Shown: positions 9,307 through 18,197 of the stretch, in pieces | Numbering within the stretch: position 1 is the first letter of the stretch | Layout: each line of letters opens with the position of its first letter | DNA from: Escherichia coli | Lineage (GTDB): Bacteria; Pseudomonadota; Gammaproteobacteria; Enterobacterales; Enterobacteriaceae | Assembly (NCBI RefSeq): GCF_016026235.1 | Contig: NZ_CP065613.1 | DNA length: 64,000 nucleotides | Strand: one strand, 5' to 3' | The notes under the pieces: generated by a model | Told to the model about the DNA's origin: nothing | The model's database searches: none | Seen by the model: the letters and a program-made list of their open reading frames with translations, nothing else | Position numbers and translations under genes: made by a program

Positions 9307-9594
9307 ATGCCATCCAGACTGTATAAACAGTTCATCCGTCATCTCGGTGAATCTGAATACATACGAATCCGCATATGGGAAGTGGAGCCTGCTGTATTGG
9401 GTAGCCAGCACAACTACAAATACAGCATGGCTTATGTCGTTGATGGCATGTGTGTGATGCGTTACGACAACGAACGGGGTAAAGGCGATCACAAACACAT
9501 TGGTAGTCAGGAAGTCAGCACCAGCTTTGTCACCATTGAACAACTGCTCGCTGATTTTCTGGCTGACGTTGAATCCATCCGCAGAGGTATCTGA
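9307..9594 (+). CDS. Hypothetical 95-aa protein, first gene of inverted two-gene cassette
   Basis: ORF on plus strand embedded in minus-strand phage operon; stop TGA 9592-9594 one nt before start of next gene. Confidence 0.5.
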   Translation: MPSRLYKQFIRHLGESEYIRIRIWEVEPAVLGSQHNYKYSMAYVVDGMCVMRYDNERGKGDHKHIGSQEVSTSFVTIEQLLADFLADVESIRRGI

Positions 9595-9595
9595 C

Positions 9596-9955
9596 ATGAG
9601 AACCGTAACAATCCGAATCGAGTCAATGGATAATTTCACGGCTGATGTGCTGTCTGCGTTCCAGGAAGCAGCTACCGGAGCAAAAGCAACCAGAGAAAAC
9701 GTTATTTCATTTCCTGACTGGCAAATGATGCATAAGGTACTGACACCAAAACGCATGGACATTCTGATGGCAATGACTGGTGCCGGAGAAATGTCCATCC
9801 GAAAAATTGCAGCCCTGGTTGGACGTGATGTAAAAAGCGTGCATACTGACGTGACCGCACTCATCAGCAACGGTTTACTGGAAAAAAGCGAGCGCGGAAC
9901 GTCATTCCCGTATGACGACATCCACTTTGATTTTACGCTGGGCAAGGCGGCGTAA
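9596..9955 (+). CDS. Putative HTH DNA-binding protein (119 aa), second gene of inverted cassette
   Basis: ATG at 9596; helix-turn-helix-like segment MSIRKIAALVGRDVKSVHTDVTALISNGLL. Confidence 0.5.
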   Translation: MRTVTIRIESMDNFTADVLSAFQEAATGAKATRENVISFPDWQMMHKVLTPKRMDILMAMTGAGEMSIRKIAALVGRDVKSVHTDVTALISNGLLEKSERGTSFPYDDIHFDFTLGKAA

Positions 9956-10172
9956 TTTTTCGTATATACCGTGCCGTCATTCCGGCGGCGCTTCACACTC
10001 CACAAAATCACGCCTGAACAACCACAACGGGCTGAAACATTCGTACGGATAGCCGTCACGCAGGTAAATGACTCGCTGCGTTTCAGACTCCCAGCGTATA
10101 ACGTGGACACGACGCCCCCTTCCGTCACGGAACCAGCGATTGAGGACTTGCATAAATTACCCGTAAACATTG

Positions 10173-10886
10173 TCACACCTTCCAGCCAGTAGCCTGAAAC
10201 AGGCCCATTCTCGGGTGATACCAGCGGGTACCACGCTGAACGGCACCACACATCATGTGATGAAACGCCTTCAGAAACGGTTCCACAGCAACAATTTCAC
10301 GACGTGCCAGTAATCCATCTGGCGTCAAAAATTCATGAGTGTCTGTCGGGATGTTGTATGCATTTACAAGCGTGCGACATTTCGCATCTGACATACCGGT
10401 TTTTGCTTTCAGCTGGCGATATCCGGCATAGCCCTCTCGAATGGTACCCTTTTTGATTTGCTCAACTGTTTCGGCTACGTGGCTGATTTTTTCTTCCACC
10501 TGAGTGATCCGTTTCTGCTGACGAACAGCCTCGAGCGCCATTGCGGCCACCATTTCGATTTCGCTCATTGGTTTGCGGATCTGTTCTTCCAGTTCGCGCC
10601 AGCGATCTACCAGGCGAGCAGTGAATTCAGGACAGAGCTGTGCGACGACAATGATGCTGTCGCGCTTACCTTGTTCTCCTTCAAACAGGTAATGCTCATA
10701 TTGAACTTTAAAACCTAAGTTATTGATTCTTTCGGAAACCTCAATTTGAGGAGACCGGACAACGCCACCTTTGGCTAATGTTTCAATAGTGCGTTTCACA
10801 TTGTCATGACGCTTACCCACCAGTTCTGCGATCTCAACGCTGGTCATGGATGCTTTGTCGTTAAAAATTGCGGTGTTCACTGCCAT
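10173..10886 (-). CDS. Phage antirepressor/regulatory protein (Rha/KilA-type N-domain with C-terminal domain)
   Basis: Start MAVNTAIFNDKASMTSVEIAELVGKRHDNVKRTIETL preceded by AAGGAG; N-terminal pRha-like motif. Confidence 0.6.
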   Translation of the reverse strand: MAVNTAIFNDKASMTSVEIAELVGKRHDNVKRTIETLAKGGVVRSPQIEVSERINNLGFKVQYEHYLFEGEQGKRDSIIVVAQLCPEFTARLVDRWRELEEQIRKPMSEIEMVAAMALEAVRQQKRITQVEEKISHVAETVEQIKKGTIREGYAGYRQLKAKTGMSDAKCRTLVNAYNIPTDTHEFLTPDGLLARREIVAVEPFLKAFHHMMCGAVQRGTRWYHPRMGLFQATGWKV

Positions 10887-10999
10887 CTCCTTACGGATAA
10901 ATTCTTTTAAGATTCCGCACATTCGTACTTGTTGGTGCCGAACCTTCCTTCAGTTATCCTTTTGATCCCTATAAACAAAAGAACCAAAGGAGGTTCGAC

Positions 11000-11293
11000 A
11001 TGAAAGTTCAGGCCGTTGGTTTATTCTGGTTTCGCGATGCGATTCAGTATCATGAGCTCAAAAATATTTTTACTGATGCTGATGTGCTCTCCGACAGTTA
11101 CACCGAGTGGAAACACGACGCTGAAAAATTGATTAAGCGTGTCGAAAGAAGCGGGCAACGAGTTATTAAAGTTGAAGCGGATACAGCCGAGTTCATCACC
11201 TGGTGTACAAGCGAAGGCATTGGACTCAATGCCGAAGGTAGAATGCAGTTCGCATCCTTTAAGGCTTACCAACAACTTCTCAGCGAACGCTAA
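11000..11293 (+). CDS. Hypothetical prophage protein (97 aa)
   Basis: ATG at 11000 preceded by AAAGGAGG at optimal spacing; protein-like composition; opposite strand to surrounding operon. Confidence 0.45.
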   Translation: MKVQAVGLFWFRDAIQYHELKNIFTDADVLSDSYTEWKHDAEKLIKRVERSGQRVIKVEADTAEFITWCTSEGIGLNAEGRMQFASFKAYQQLLSER

Positions 11294-11363
11294 TGTGATT
11301 GGGGCAATCGAAATTGTTGCCCCATCGTATTTAATAGTTATTTTTTCGCTCATATCACCACCA

Positions 11364-11573
11364 TCACTTCTCATCCTCTGTGTGCGCTAAGCTTGGATGT
11401 GTATATGGAATGTTCGGATCCAGATGGCAGAGAATGGCAACATCCTCCGGAACGCCCCGCGTTTTCCACTTTCCAACTCCCTGACTACCACGAGGCTTTC
11501 CTTTCTTTGGGAACCTGCGGCCAATAGCGGCATTGGTTTTAAATTGAGTTTTTAATATTTCATAAAGGGTCAT
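11364..11573 (-). CDS. Putative Cro-like early regulator (divergent from repressor gene)
   Basis: 69-aa basic ORF transcribed divergently from the cI-like gene across a 110-bp repeat-containing spacer. Confidence 0.4.
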   Translation of the reverse strand: MTLYEILKTQFKTNAAIGRRFPKKGKPRGSQGVGKWKTRGVPEDVAILCHLDPNIPYTHPSLAHTEDEK

Positions 11574-11684
11574 TCTTTAGCCTCACACCGGATACTCTGT
11601 TATCCAAGAATGTTAAACATGAGAATCCAAAGTATCAAGATATTCTGTTACTTTAGTATCAGCAGCCATGAAAGGAGAAGAAAA
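11574..11684. promoter_or_regulatory. Divergent promoter/operator region of prophage immunity switch
   Basis: Spacer between cro-like and cI-like genes containing repeated TCCAAGAAT / TCCAAAGTAT and AGTATCA motifs and AT-rich -10-like hexamers. Confidence 0.4.
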
Positions 11685-12341
11685 ATGAAATCTTTAGGTG
11701 AACGGCTAATCAACGCACGACAAAAAGCTGGGTTAACGCAAGATGCGTTGGCTAAAAAAGCAGGGGTCACCAGAGTTGCAATCAGTAAAGCCGAGCAAGG
11801 CCTTACAAAAAGTTTCAACGGTGACACCCTTTTTAAAGTCGCAGCTGCACTGCAGTGTTCACCGCAGTGGCTTCAGAACGGAGATGAGAAAGGTAAGCAT
11901 TGGGAAAATAATGTTAAGAGTTGCCCCCAGAGGGACACAGCACACTCTTACCCTGTAATTAACTGGGTTCAGGCAGGATTATTCACAACTGCAGGTGATG
12001 ACTACAACATGTATGATCAGGATAACTGGAGGCATTCTGTAAAATACGCTGGTGAGAGGGGGTTCTGGCTGGAAGTGCACGGAGACTCAATGACTTCGCC
12101 TATAGGAATAACATTTCCTGAAGGAATGTCGATCCTTGTCAACCCAGATAAAGAAGTTTTTTCAGGGTGTTACGTCATTGCCAGAAAAAAATCCACCAAT
12201 GAAGCAACATTCAAAAAATATATTTCTGAAATGGGAAAGGCGTTTCTAAAGCCCCTTAATCCACAATACCCAATCATAGAAATGGACAATGATTGCGAAA
12301 TAGTAGGCGTTGTGGTTGATGCCAGATGGGATATTTTCTGA
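11685..12341 (+). CDS. Prophage repressor, cI/LexA-like (N-terminal HTH_XRE + C-terminal S24 peptidase domain)
   Basis: MKSLGERLINARQKAGLTQDALAKKAGVTRVAISKAEQG (HTH) and ...HGDSMTSP...ATFKKY... (Ser/Lys autocleavage dyad); SD AAAGGAG upstream. Confidence 0.8.
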   Translation: MKSLGERLINARQKAGLTQDALAKKAGVTRVAISKAEQGLTKSFNGDTLFKVAAALQCSPQWLQNGDEKGKHWENNVKSCPQRDTAHSYPVINWVQAGLFTTAGDDYNMYDQDNWRHSVKYAGERGFWLEVHGDSMTSPIGITFPEGMSILVNPDKEVFSGCYVIARKKSTNEATFKKYISEMGKAFLKPLNPQYPIIEMDNDCEIVGVVVDARWDIF

Positions 12342-12443
12342 CCAGATACAAAATACAAAAAGAAACCTAAGTATCAAAAACACTTGCAACACCTTGATAC
12401 CTTAGTTACCATAAAACAAAGTTCGTAACTGAGGTATCATCTC

Positions 12444-12893
12444 ATGATCAATAAAGCTACAACTCTTGACTGTCTCGAAGAACTGAAAAACCTCGGCAGC
12501 CTCATTACACTAATAGCAAAAGCAACGGCAGATGCTACGCTCTCTAGCGATATAGAGTCATGCGCAGGACTGGCATGGGATATGACAAATAGCATATCCA
12601 GAAAGCTATCGTCAGCAATGCTTTTACAGAACAAAAATTCTGCAATCAACAACCGCCTTCGCACCCAACGCGAAGCCTGCGGCTTAACAACAGCCGAACT
12701 CGCCAGGCTGCTCGATCTCGATGAAGAAATTATCATCCAGTGGGAGAGCGGAGAGTATGAACCAACTATCAGTATGCTTATCCCACTGGCAAATATTCTT
12801 GGCTGCGATCCGATGTGGCTGTTAACTGGTGAGGTTACTCCTCCGGAGCAACCAAAAAGTGAGGAGCAGCAACACCATGACGCATCTCAATAA
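12444..12893 (+). CDS. Second HTH_XRE-domain regulator (149 aa)
   Basis: C-terminal segment INNRLRTQREACGLTTAELARLLDLDEEIIIQWESGEYEPTISMLIPLANILGCDPMWLLTGE is a typical XRE helix-turn-helix. Confidence 0.6.
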   Translation: MINKATTLDCLEELKNLGSLITLIAKATADATLSSDIESCAGLAWDMTNSISRKLSSAMLLQNKNSAINNRLRTQREACGLTTAELARLLDLDEEIIIQWESGEYEPTISMLIPLANILGCDPMWLLTGEVTPPEQPKSEEQQHHDASQ

Positions 12894-13075
12894 GTTTGCC
12901 CCTTATCTCGCGAAGCTCTTCTACGGAAGAACCAATACCAATGGTGACATAATCGCCGCTTCGCCCCTCAAGGTACATGCGAACATTTTTATCAATCATT
13001 GCGGAAACAGTCTCAATATGAAAACACTTCTGAGACTCGCTATATAGCAGAACATATAAGTCAGCTGAGGAAGCC

Positions 13076-13288
13076 ATGAAAAAGTTCGAAAACATAACTG
13101 TTCTCCATGTTGATGACTTTGATTATACAAACCCGGAACTTCTCCCGGAGGTTGTAAAGGCAATAGATGTTGCCGATATAGTGATTAGAGGAAAGAGAAT
13201 TGTCAAAAACAGGCTCGCATGTACTTCAGGAGCAATGACAGAAACAACCTCACAGCAAGATGATTGGAGCCTGATTCATTTGCGGTAA
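13076..13288 (+). CDS. Hypothetical prophage protein (70 aa)
   Basis: ORF in prophage left operon. Confidence 0.35.
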   Translation: MKKFENITVLHVDDFDYTNPELLPEVVKAIDVADIVIRGKRIVKNRLACTSGAMTETTSQQDDWSLIHLR

Positions 13289-13620
13289 ATGTTTATCATT
13301 TATTGCATGCAACACAGGTGTTACATACGTCCAGTAATAACGAAACAAAAACACTTGGCAGTGAAATTCTGAATTTTGCATGTGAATATGCAAAAACCGC
13401 TGTTGAAAAAGAATTAGCGCAATAACAACAAATATGCCCTGAACGTTTATTGCGGTTTTATCGCCGGGGATTGTTACAACCTTAATCCACAGGAGGCTTT
13501 ATTATGACTTTTATAAAGAATATGGCATCACACAAGACCGCCAGCCTTATTGCACAATACGGTGAAAATTACATGCATATTGCCTGCTTATTTCTGCGTA
13601 AAGCATACGGGAAATAACAA

Positions 13621-13980
13621 ATGACACATGAACCCATTAATACATATCGTCGCCGTATAGCTGTTGCGGCACTCCATCGAATAAAACGTAAAACAGGTAG
13701 TGATCTGCTTATTGTTGACCTTCTGGATGGGAACATTACGACCATAGAAATAACAGAACAGTTTATAAACCAGTTGCTGTTGCGCTTTGAAGGTATTACC
13801 CGTGGTGAATTGGGTCGAGTGGAGGGTGAAACAGAAATCCGAACTGCATACCAGAATGCTATCGGGATTAATCAACATACTGAATACCAGGCTGAAACCG
13901 GAAAGTTAATTATAGACAACCTTTTACAAGAGGTTATTGATTACGCGAAAGAAAAATATATCAGCGGAGGAATTAACTGA
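13621..13980 (+). CDS. Hypothetical prophage protein (119 aa)
   Basis: ORF in prophage left operon, stop overlaps next start (ATGA). Confidence 0.45.
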   Translation: MTHEPINTYRRRIAVAALHRIKRKTGSDLLIVDLLDGNITTIEITEQFINQLLLRFEGITRGELGRVEGETEIRTAYQNAIGINQHTEYQAETGKLIIDNLLQEVIDYAKEKYISGGIN

Positions 13981-14195
13981 TGGCTAATTTATCCCCTGTA
14001 TCTGTTGTGCACGAAAAAGTGCAGATCGTTATGACAATTGAAAATGGCCAGGTAACAGATGTCTGCAAAGTCCGCGATGGAGAGCTGATTGCCAGCATGG
14101 ATACATTCATACGGCTGGCAGAAAGAGCGGGGTATCAGATAACAGCACCTGCTCAGGAGGAAACCAGTGACATTAACAGCAACACGAATTCCTGA
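13980..14195 (+). CDS. Hypothetical prophage protein (71 aa)
   Basis: ORF coupled to upstream gene. Confidence 0.4.
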   Translation: MANLSPVSVVHEKVQIVMTIENGQVTDVCKVRDGELIASMDTFIRLAERAGYQITAPAQEETSDINSNTNS

Positions 14196-14385
14196 GTGGG
14201 TCCACCAGCAGGCGTTGCTGGTCCTGCGGCGGTACAGATGCCGACGTATATTCCCGCATCGGATACAGCGCAACGGATATCTCAGTCTGAAGGTTAACCG
14301 TCGCTGGCGGCTGTTATCGAAAGACGACGGCCGGAACTGGGAAGTAATGAGTCATGAACGTTATTCGGGGGAAATAAAGAAATGA
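14167..14385 (+). CDS. Hypothetical basic prophage protein (72 aa)
   Basis: ORF overlapping previous gene end by 29 nt. Confidence 0.35.
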   Translation: MTLTATRIPEWVHQQALLVLRRYRCRRIFPHRIQRNGYLSLKVNRRWRLLSKDDGRNWEVMSHERYSGEIKK

Positions 14386-14527
14386 TCGACAACCGCACCG
14401 CCAGCGCCATTGACCAGGCATTACAGAAACATGATACACCCGTCGGCCCGTTATTTTTTGTAACACGCCACGAAAGAACAAAAAATGCCTCACCCGAAAA
14501 ACGGCAATTCGTTACCTGGCATTCTTT

Positions 14528-14773
14528 ATGACCACCCGCGCTTTTGAACGTTCAGGATTCCGACAACGCCATCCTGACAAGCGTTTTATCTTCAACGGGA
14601 ATGAGATATGGAAACGTGGAGAATCAACCACAGAGTATACCCGCGCACACCAGCGAACAATCAGACGACTGCGCAGACTCATCGCCAGGAAACAGTATAC
14701 AGAAAAATGGTTCAGAAAATATGACACATGGAGCGCCGGATATTACGAACTGATGGCAACAAAACCATTCTGA
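14528..14773 (+). CDS. Hypothetical basic prophage protein (81 aa)
   Basis: ORF in prophage left operon. Confidence 0.35.
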   Translation: MTTRAFERSGFRQRHPDKRFIFNGNEIWKRGESTTEYTRAHQRTIRRLRRLIARKQYTEKWFRKYDTWSAGYYELMATKPF

Positions 14774-14833
14774 CGTAAACGAAATTAACCATGACGCAAT
14801 TAAATAAGGCAAGCCGAATACATCAGGAGGACC

Positions 14834-15022
14834 ATGAACATTTATTTCAGAATAGTTATATCACTGGCAATTATCGCATGTATTTACGGATTAATCGTTC
14901 CGGCCCTCATATCAATGAAGGATACGGTAGCAGTGATTTCTGGCTTTGCTCTGGCGTGTCTGACCCCGCCCTGCATTTATGCCATTTATAAGGGTCTTTC
15001 TTTCCCCAGGAGGGAAAAATGA
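14834..15022 (+). CDS. Small two-TM membrane protein (62 aa), translationally coupled to SPFH gene
   Basis: MNIYFRIVISLAIIACIYGLIVPALISMKDTVAVISGFALACLTPPCIYAIYKGL; stop overlaps start of next gene (ATGA at 15019-15022). Confidence 0.55.
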   Translation: MNIYFRIVISLAIIACIYGLIVPALISMKDTVAVISGFALACLTPPCIYAIYKGLSFPRREK

Positions 15023-15828
15023 AAAAAACAATTGCGCTTGTTTTCGCGGTCAGTCTGGCTGTCTTCGGACTTGTAGGTTGCGATCGCGTTGAACCAGGTA
15101 ATGTGGGTATCAAAGTCAACAAACTGGGCGACGACAAAGGTGTCGGTGAAGTGGTCGGTGTTGGTCGCTACTGGACTGGCTGGAATACTGAAGTTTACAT
15201 TTTCCCGACCTTCAAGCAAATGAAGACCTACGATGAACCGTTCAGTTTCCAGATGAGTGACGGCACAACCATCGGCTATCACATCGGCGTGGCCTACAAA
15301 GTTGATCCATCCAAAGTTACCACGGTGTTTCAGACTTACCGCAAAGGCGTGGATGACATTACCAACACCGACCTGCGCCAGAAGATCGCCGACGCACTCA
15401 ATCGGCTGGCCAGCAAAATGACCACCGACAAATTTATTGACGGCGGCAAGTCTGAACTACTGGATGCCGCACTTAAAGACATTCAGGAAGAGATGACACC
15501 CATCGGCATTCAGGTAATGAGCCTCTCTTATGTAGGTAAACCGGAATACCCTCCAACCGTTATCGACAGCATTAACGCCAAAGTCACGGCAAACCAGAAA
15601 ACCCTGCAGCGCGAACAGGAAGTCAAGCAACGTGAAGCGGAGGCCAACATGCTACGTGCGGAAGCTGCCGGACAGGCTGATGCCATTCGAACAAAAGCCC
15701 AGGCAGAAGCCGATGCCATTCGTTTACGCGGCGAAGCTCTACGCCAGAACCCAGGCGTCATGGAGCTGGAAGCCATCAACAAGTGGAACGGTACACTGCC
15801 GCAATACATGACCAGTGGTGTGAGGTAG
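15019..15828 (+). CDS. SPFH/band-7 (prohibitin-like) lipoprotein; extreme C-terminus replaced by IS600 copy 2
   Basis: Lipoprotein signal MKKTIALVFAVSLAVFGLVGC; SPFH-like body with coiled-coil tail (QREAEANMLRAEAAGQADAIRTKAQAEADAIRLRGEA); IS inserted about 10 codons before predicted natural stop (original frame resumes at 17085 and stops at 17116). Confidence 0.65.
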   Translation: MKKTIALVFAVSLAVFGLVGCDRVEPGNVGIKVNKLGDDKGVGEVVGVGRYWTGWNTEVYIFPTFKQMKTYDEPFSFQMSDGTTIGYHIGVAYKVDPSKVTTVFQTYRKGVDDITNTDLRQKIADALNRLASKMTTDKFIDGGKSELLDAALKDIQEEMTPIGIQVMSLSYVGKPEYPPTVIDSINAKVTANQKTLQREQEVKQREAEANMLRAEAAGQADAIRTKAQAEADAIRLRGEALRQNPGVMELEAINKWNGTLPQYMTSGVR

Positions 15829-15884
15829 CCTGAGTTTAACGGACACTCCTTCCTGAAATAGAATGGCATCAGAAGGAGCTAATA

Positions 15885-16187
15885 ATGAGCAGAAAAACCC
15901 AACGTTACTCTAAAGAGTTCAAAGCCGAAGCTGTCAGAACGGTTCTTGAAAATCAACTTTCGATCAGTGAAGGCGCTTCCCGATTATCTCTTCCTGAAGG
16001 CACTTTAGGACAATGGGTTACCGCCGCCAGAAAAGGGCTCGGTACTCCTGGTTCCCGCACGGTGGCTGAACTGGAATCTGAAATTCTGCAACTGCGTAAG
16101 GCGTTAAATGAAGCTCGCCTTGAGCGAGATATATTAAAAAAAGCAACAGCGTATTTTGCACAGGAGTCGCTGAAAAATACGCGTTAA
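15885..16187 (+). CDS. IS600 OrfA
   Basis: 100-aa ORF, differs from copy 1 at residue 5 (T vs N). Confidence 0.85.
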   Translation: MSRKTQRYSKEFKAEAVRTVLENQLSISEGASRLSLPEGTLGQWVTAARKGLGTPGSRTVAELESEILQLRKALNEARLERDILKKATAYFAQESLKNTR

Positions 16188-16222
16188 TCGAACAATGGCG
16201 ACAACAATTTCCCATTGAAGCG

Positions 16223-17041
16223 ATGTGTCAGGTATTTGGTGTATCCAGGAGCGGTTATTACAACTGGGTACAGCATGAACCCTCAGACAGAAAACAAAGT
16301 GATGAGCGGCTAAAACTGGAGATTAAGGTGGCACATATCCGCACTCGCGAAACATATGGAACCCGGCGGCTCCAGACGGAGCTGGCAGAGAATGGCATCA
16401 TCGTTGGTCGTGACCGACTGGCACGTCTTCGTAAGGAGCTAAGGCTACGCTGTAAGCAGAAACGCAAGTTCAGAGCGACTACGAACCCGAACCACAATCT
16501 GCCAGTTGCGCCAAATCTGCTGAACCAGACGTTCGCTCCTACAGCACCAAATCAGGTCTGGGTGGCGGACCTGACGTATGTTGCCACACAGGAGGGATGG
16601 TTGTACCTCGCTGGCATCAAAGATGTTTATACGTGCGAAATTGTCGGCTACGCCATGGGAGAGCGCATGACAAAAGAGCTGACAGGTAAAGCCCTGTTTA
16701 TGGCGCTCAGGAGCCAGCGCCCACCTGCCGGGCTAATCCACCACTCTGATCGAGGTTCACAGTACTGCGCATACGATTACCGGGTCATACAGGAGCAGTC
16801 TGGTCTGAAAACATCAATGTCGCGTAAAGGTAACTGTTACGACAACGCTCCGATGGAAAGCTTCTGGGGAACGCTGAAAAATGAGAGCCTGAGCCACTAT
16901 CGTTTTAATAACCGGGATGAAGCCATCTCAGTAATACGGGAATACATTGAGATTTTCTACAATCGTCAGCGTCGTCACTCTCGTCTGGGGAATATCTCCC
17001 CGGCAGCCTTCAGGGAAAAATATCATCAGATGGCTGCTTAA
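16223..17041 (+). CDS. IS600 OrfB
   Basis: 272-aa DDE transposase component, identical to copy 1. Confidence 0.85.
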   Translation: MCQVFGVSRSGYYNWVQHEPSDRKQSDERLKLEIKVAHIRTRETYGTRRLQTELAENGIIVGRDRLARLRKELRLRCKQKRKFRATTNPNHNLPVAPNLLNQTFAPTAPNQVWVADLTYVATQEGWLYLAGIKDVYTCEIVGYAMGERMTKELTGKALFMALRSQRPPAGLIHHSDRGSQYCAYDYRVIQEQSGLKTSMSRKGNCYDNAPMESFWGTLKNESLSHYRFNNRDEAISVIREYIEIFYNRQRRHSRLGNISPAAFREKYHQMAA

Positions 17042-17150
17042 AAAAAGAACAAATGGTAGTGTCCGCTATTGCCAGTACACCTCAGTGCCAATACACCATT
17101 TATCCAGATTAAATAACTTATATGCCCGGCAGGCCGCCGGGCTAAGGGAA

Positions 17151-17528
17151 ATGCAGATGAACACCCAGAATACTCAACCGCAAATAATGAACTATGACCC
17201 GAATCTGACGTCATGCGGACGCATGGCAAAACAAACCGTTCGATTAACTTTCGGACTATGGGAATACCGCGAAACATTCGAAGTTACTGTCGGCGGCAAT
17301 CTGACCGGACTGGATGTTATCAGTTGCGCTATTGAAAGCCTGTACGCAACGCTGCCTTATGAAGAAGTCGAGGATGAGCGAACAGGGGAAACAGATATCA
17401 TGGCCACCATTAATATTGGCGAACTGATATGTCAGGATGAAGACCTGTCCGGAGAGCTCTGGCTTGCCGGGATGCTTATCTCAGCAGAAATTATCAGTAT
17501 TGAACCCGCTACAAACATACGGCTCTGA
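17151..17528 (+). CDS. Hypothetical prophage protein (125 aa)
   Basis: ATG at 17151 preceded by AAGGGAA; acidic protein. Confidence 0.45.
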   Translation: MQMNTQNTQPQIMNYDPNLTSCGRMAKQTVRLTFGLWEYRETFEVTVGGNLTGLDVISCAIESLYATLPYEEVEDERTGETDIMATINIGELICQDEDLSGELWLAGMLISAEIISIEPATNIRL

Positions 17529-17559
17529 AGTTCTCACTATTCAGAGAGCAGGAGAAAAA

Positions 17560-17802
17560 ATGTTCGCTTTGATTAATCAGGGACAACTGTATACCGACAG
17601 TGCCGGTTACCCGGTAAAAATTATTCGCTGCATAAACAACACTGTGTTGTACAGAAGAATGGATGGGCGAACACAGTCAGTAAAAATAAACGATTTCAAT
17701 GAACTGTTTGAACGGATCGATCACCAGGAATACCGACAAATTCTGGCAGAAACAGAGCAGGAAGCTCATCTGAAAAAATTACGGGCCATGAAAAGGAAGT
17801 AA
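17560..17802 (+). CDS. Hypothetical prophage protein (80 aa)
   Basis: ATG at 17560 preceded by GGAG. Confidence 0.4.
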   Translation: MFALINQGQLYTDSAGYPVKIIRCINNTVLYRRMDGRTQSVKINDFNELFERIDHQEYRQILAETEQEAHLKKLRAMKRK

Positions 17803-17960
17803 AGAATGAATAAAGCGTTTGAGCTATGGGTACGCCAGCGTTACGGCAATCGCTATGACCTGACGCGAGATGTTGACGGTTTCTACTGTCGTGAAATTGT
17901 GAAACGAATGTTTGAAGTGTGGTGCCACTGCCGTGGGCTGAGTGTTGTGTGAGGTAATGC

Positions 17961-18197
17961 ATGGGCAATGTGATTCAACTGGCTCCCAATGAATGGGTTT
18001 GTGAAAGCGTTCTTATCGCAATTACCGGGCTCAAACCAGGCACAATTCTCCGAGCCCGGAAAGAATGCTGGATGGTAGGAAGAGAGTATATTCACGTATC
18101 ACCAGACGGTAATCCAAAGCCATCCAGCGAATGTATGTATAACAGAAAAGCAATAGATGCCTGGGTCTCTTCAATGAAAAACAAACAACCTGGGTGA
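17961..18197 (+). CDS. Excisionase-like protein (Xis, Rac-type)
   Basis: 78-aa ORF immediately upstream of integrase; resembles small excisionase-like proteins of Rac-type prophages. Confidence 0.5.
   Translation: MGNVIQLAPNEWVCESVLIAITGLKPGTILRARKECWMVGREYIHVSPDGNPKPSSECMYNRKAIDAWVSSMKNKQPG

Larger units (their letters stand above)
15821..17084 (+). mobile_element. IS600 (IS3 family) copy 2, 1264 bp
   Basis: Same termini as copy 1; flanked by 3-bp direct repeat GTG (15818-15820 and 17085-17087). Confidence 0.9.

Noticed and set aside
8953-10251. N-terminal 430 codons of the 620-aa minus-strand ORF 8389..10251
   Set aside because: Translation is Ser/Thr/Val-rich with no domain-like pattern and is antisense to two well-formed plus-strand genes with proper starts; only the C-terminal 187 codons (Rha domain, with its own ATG) look real.
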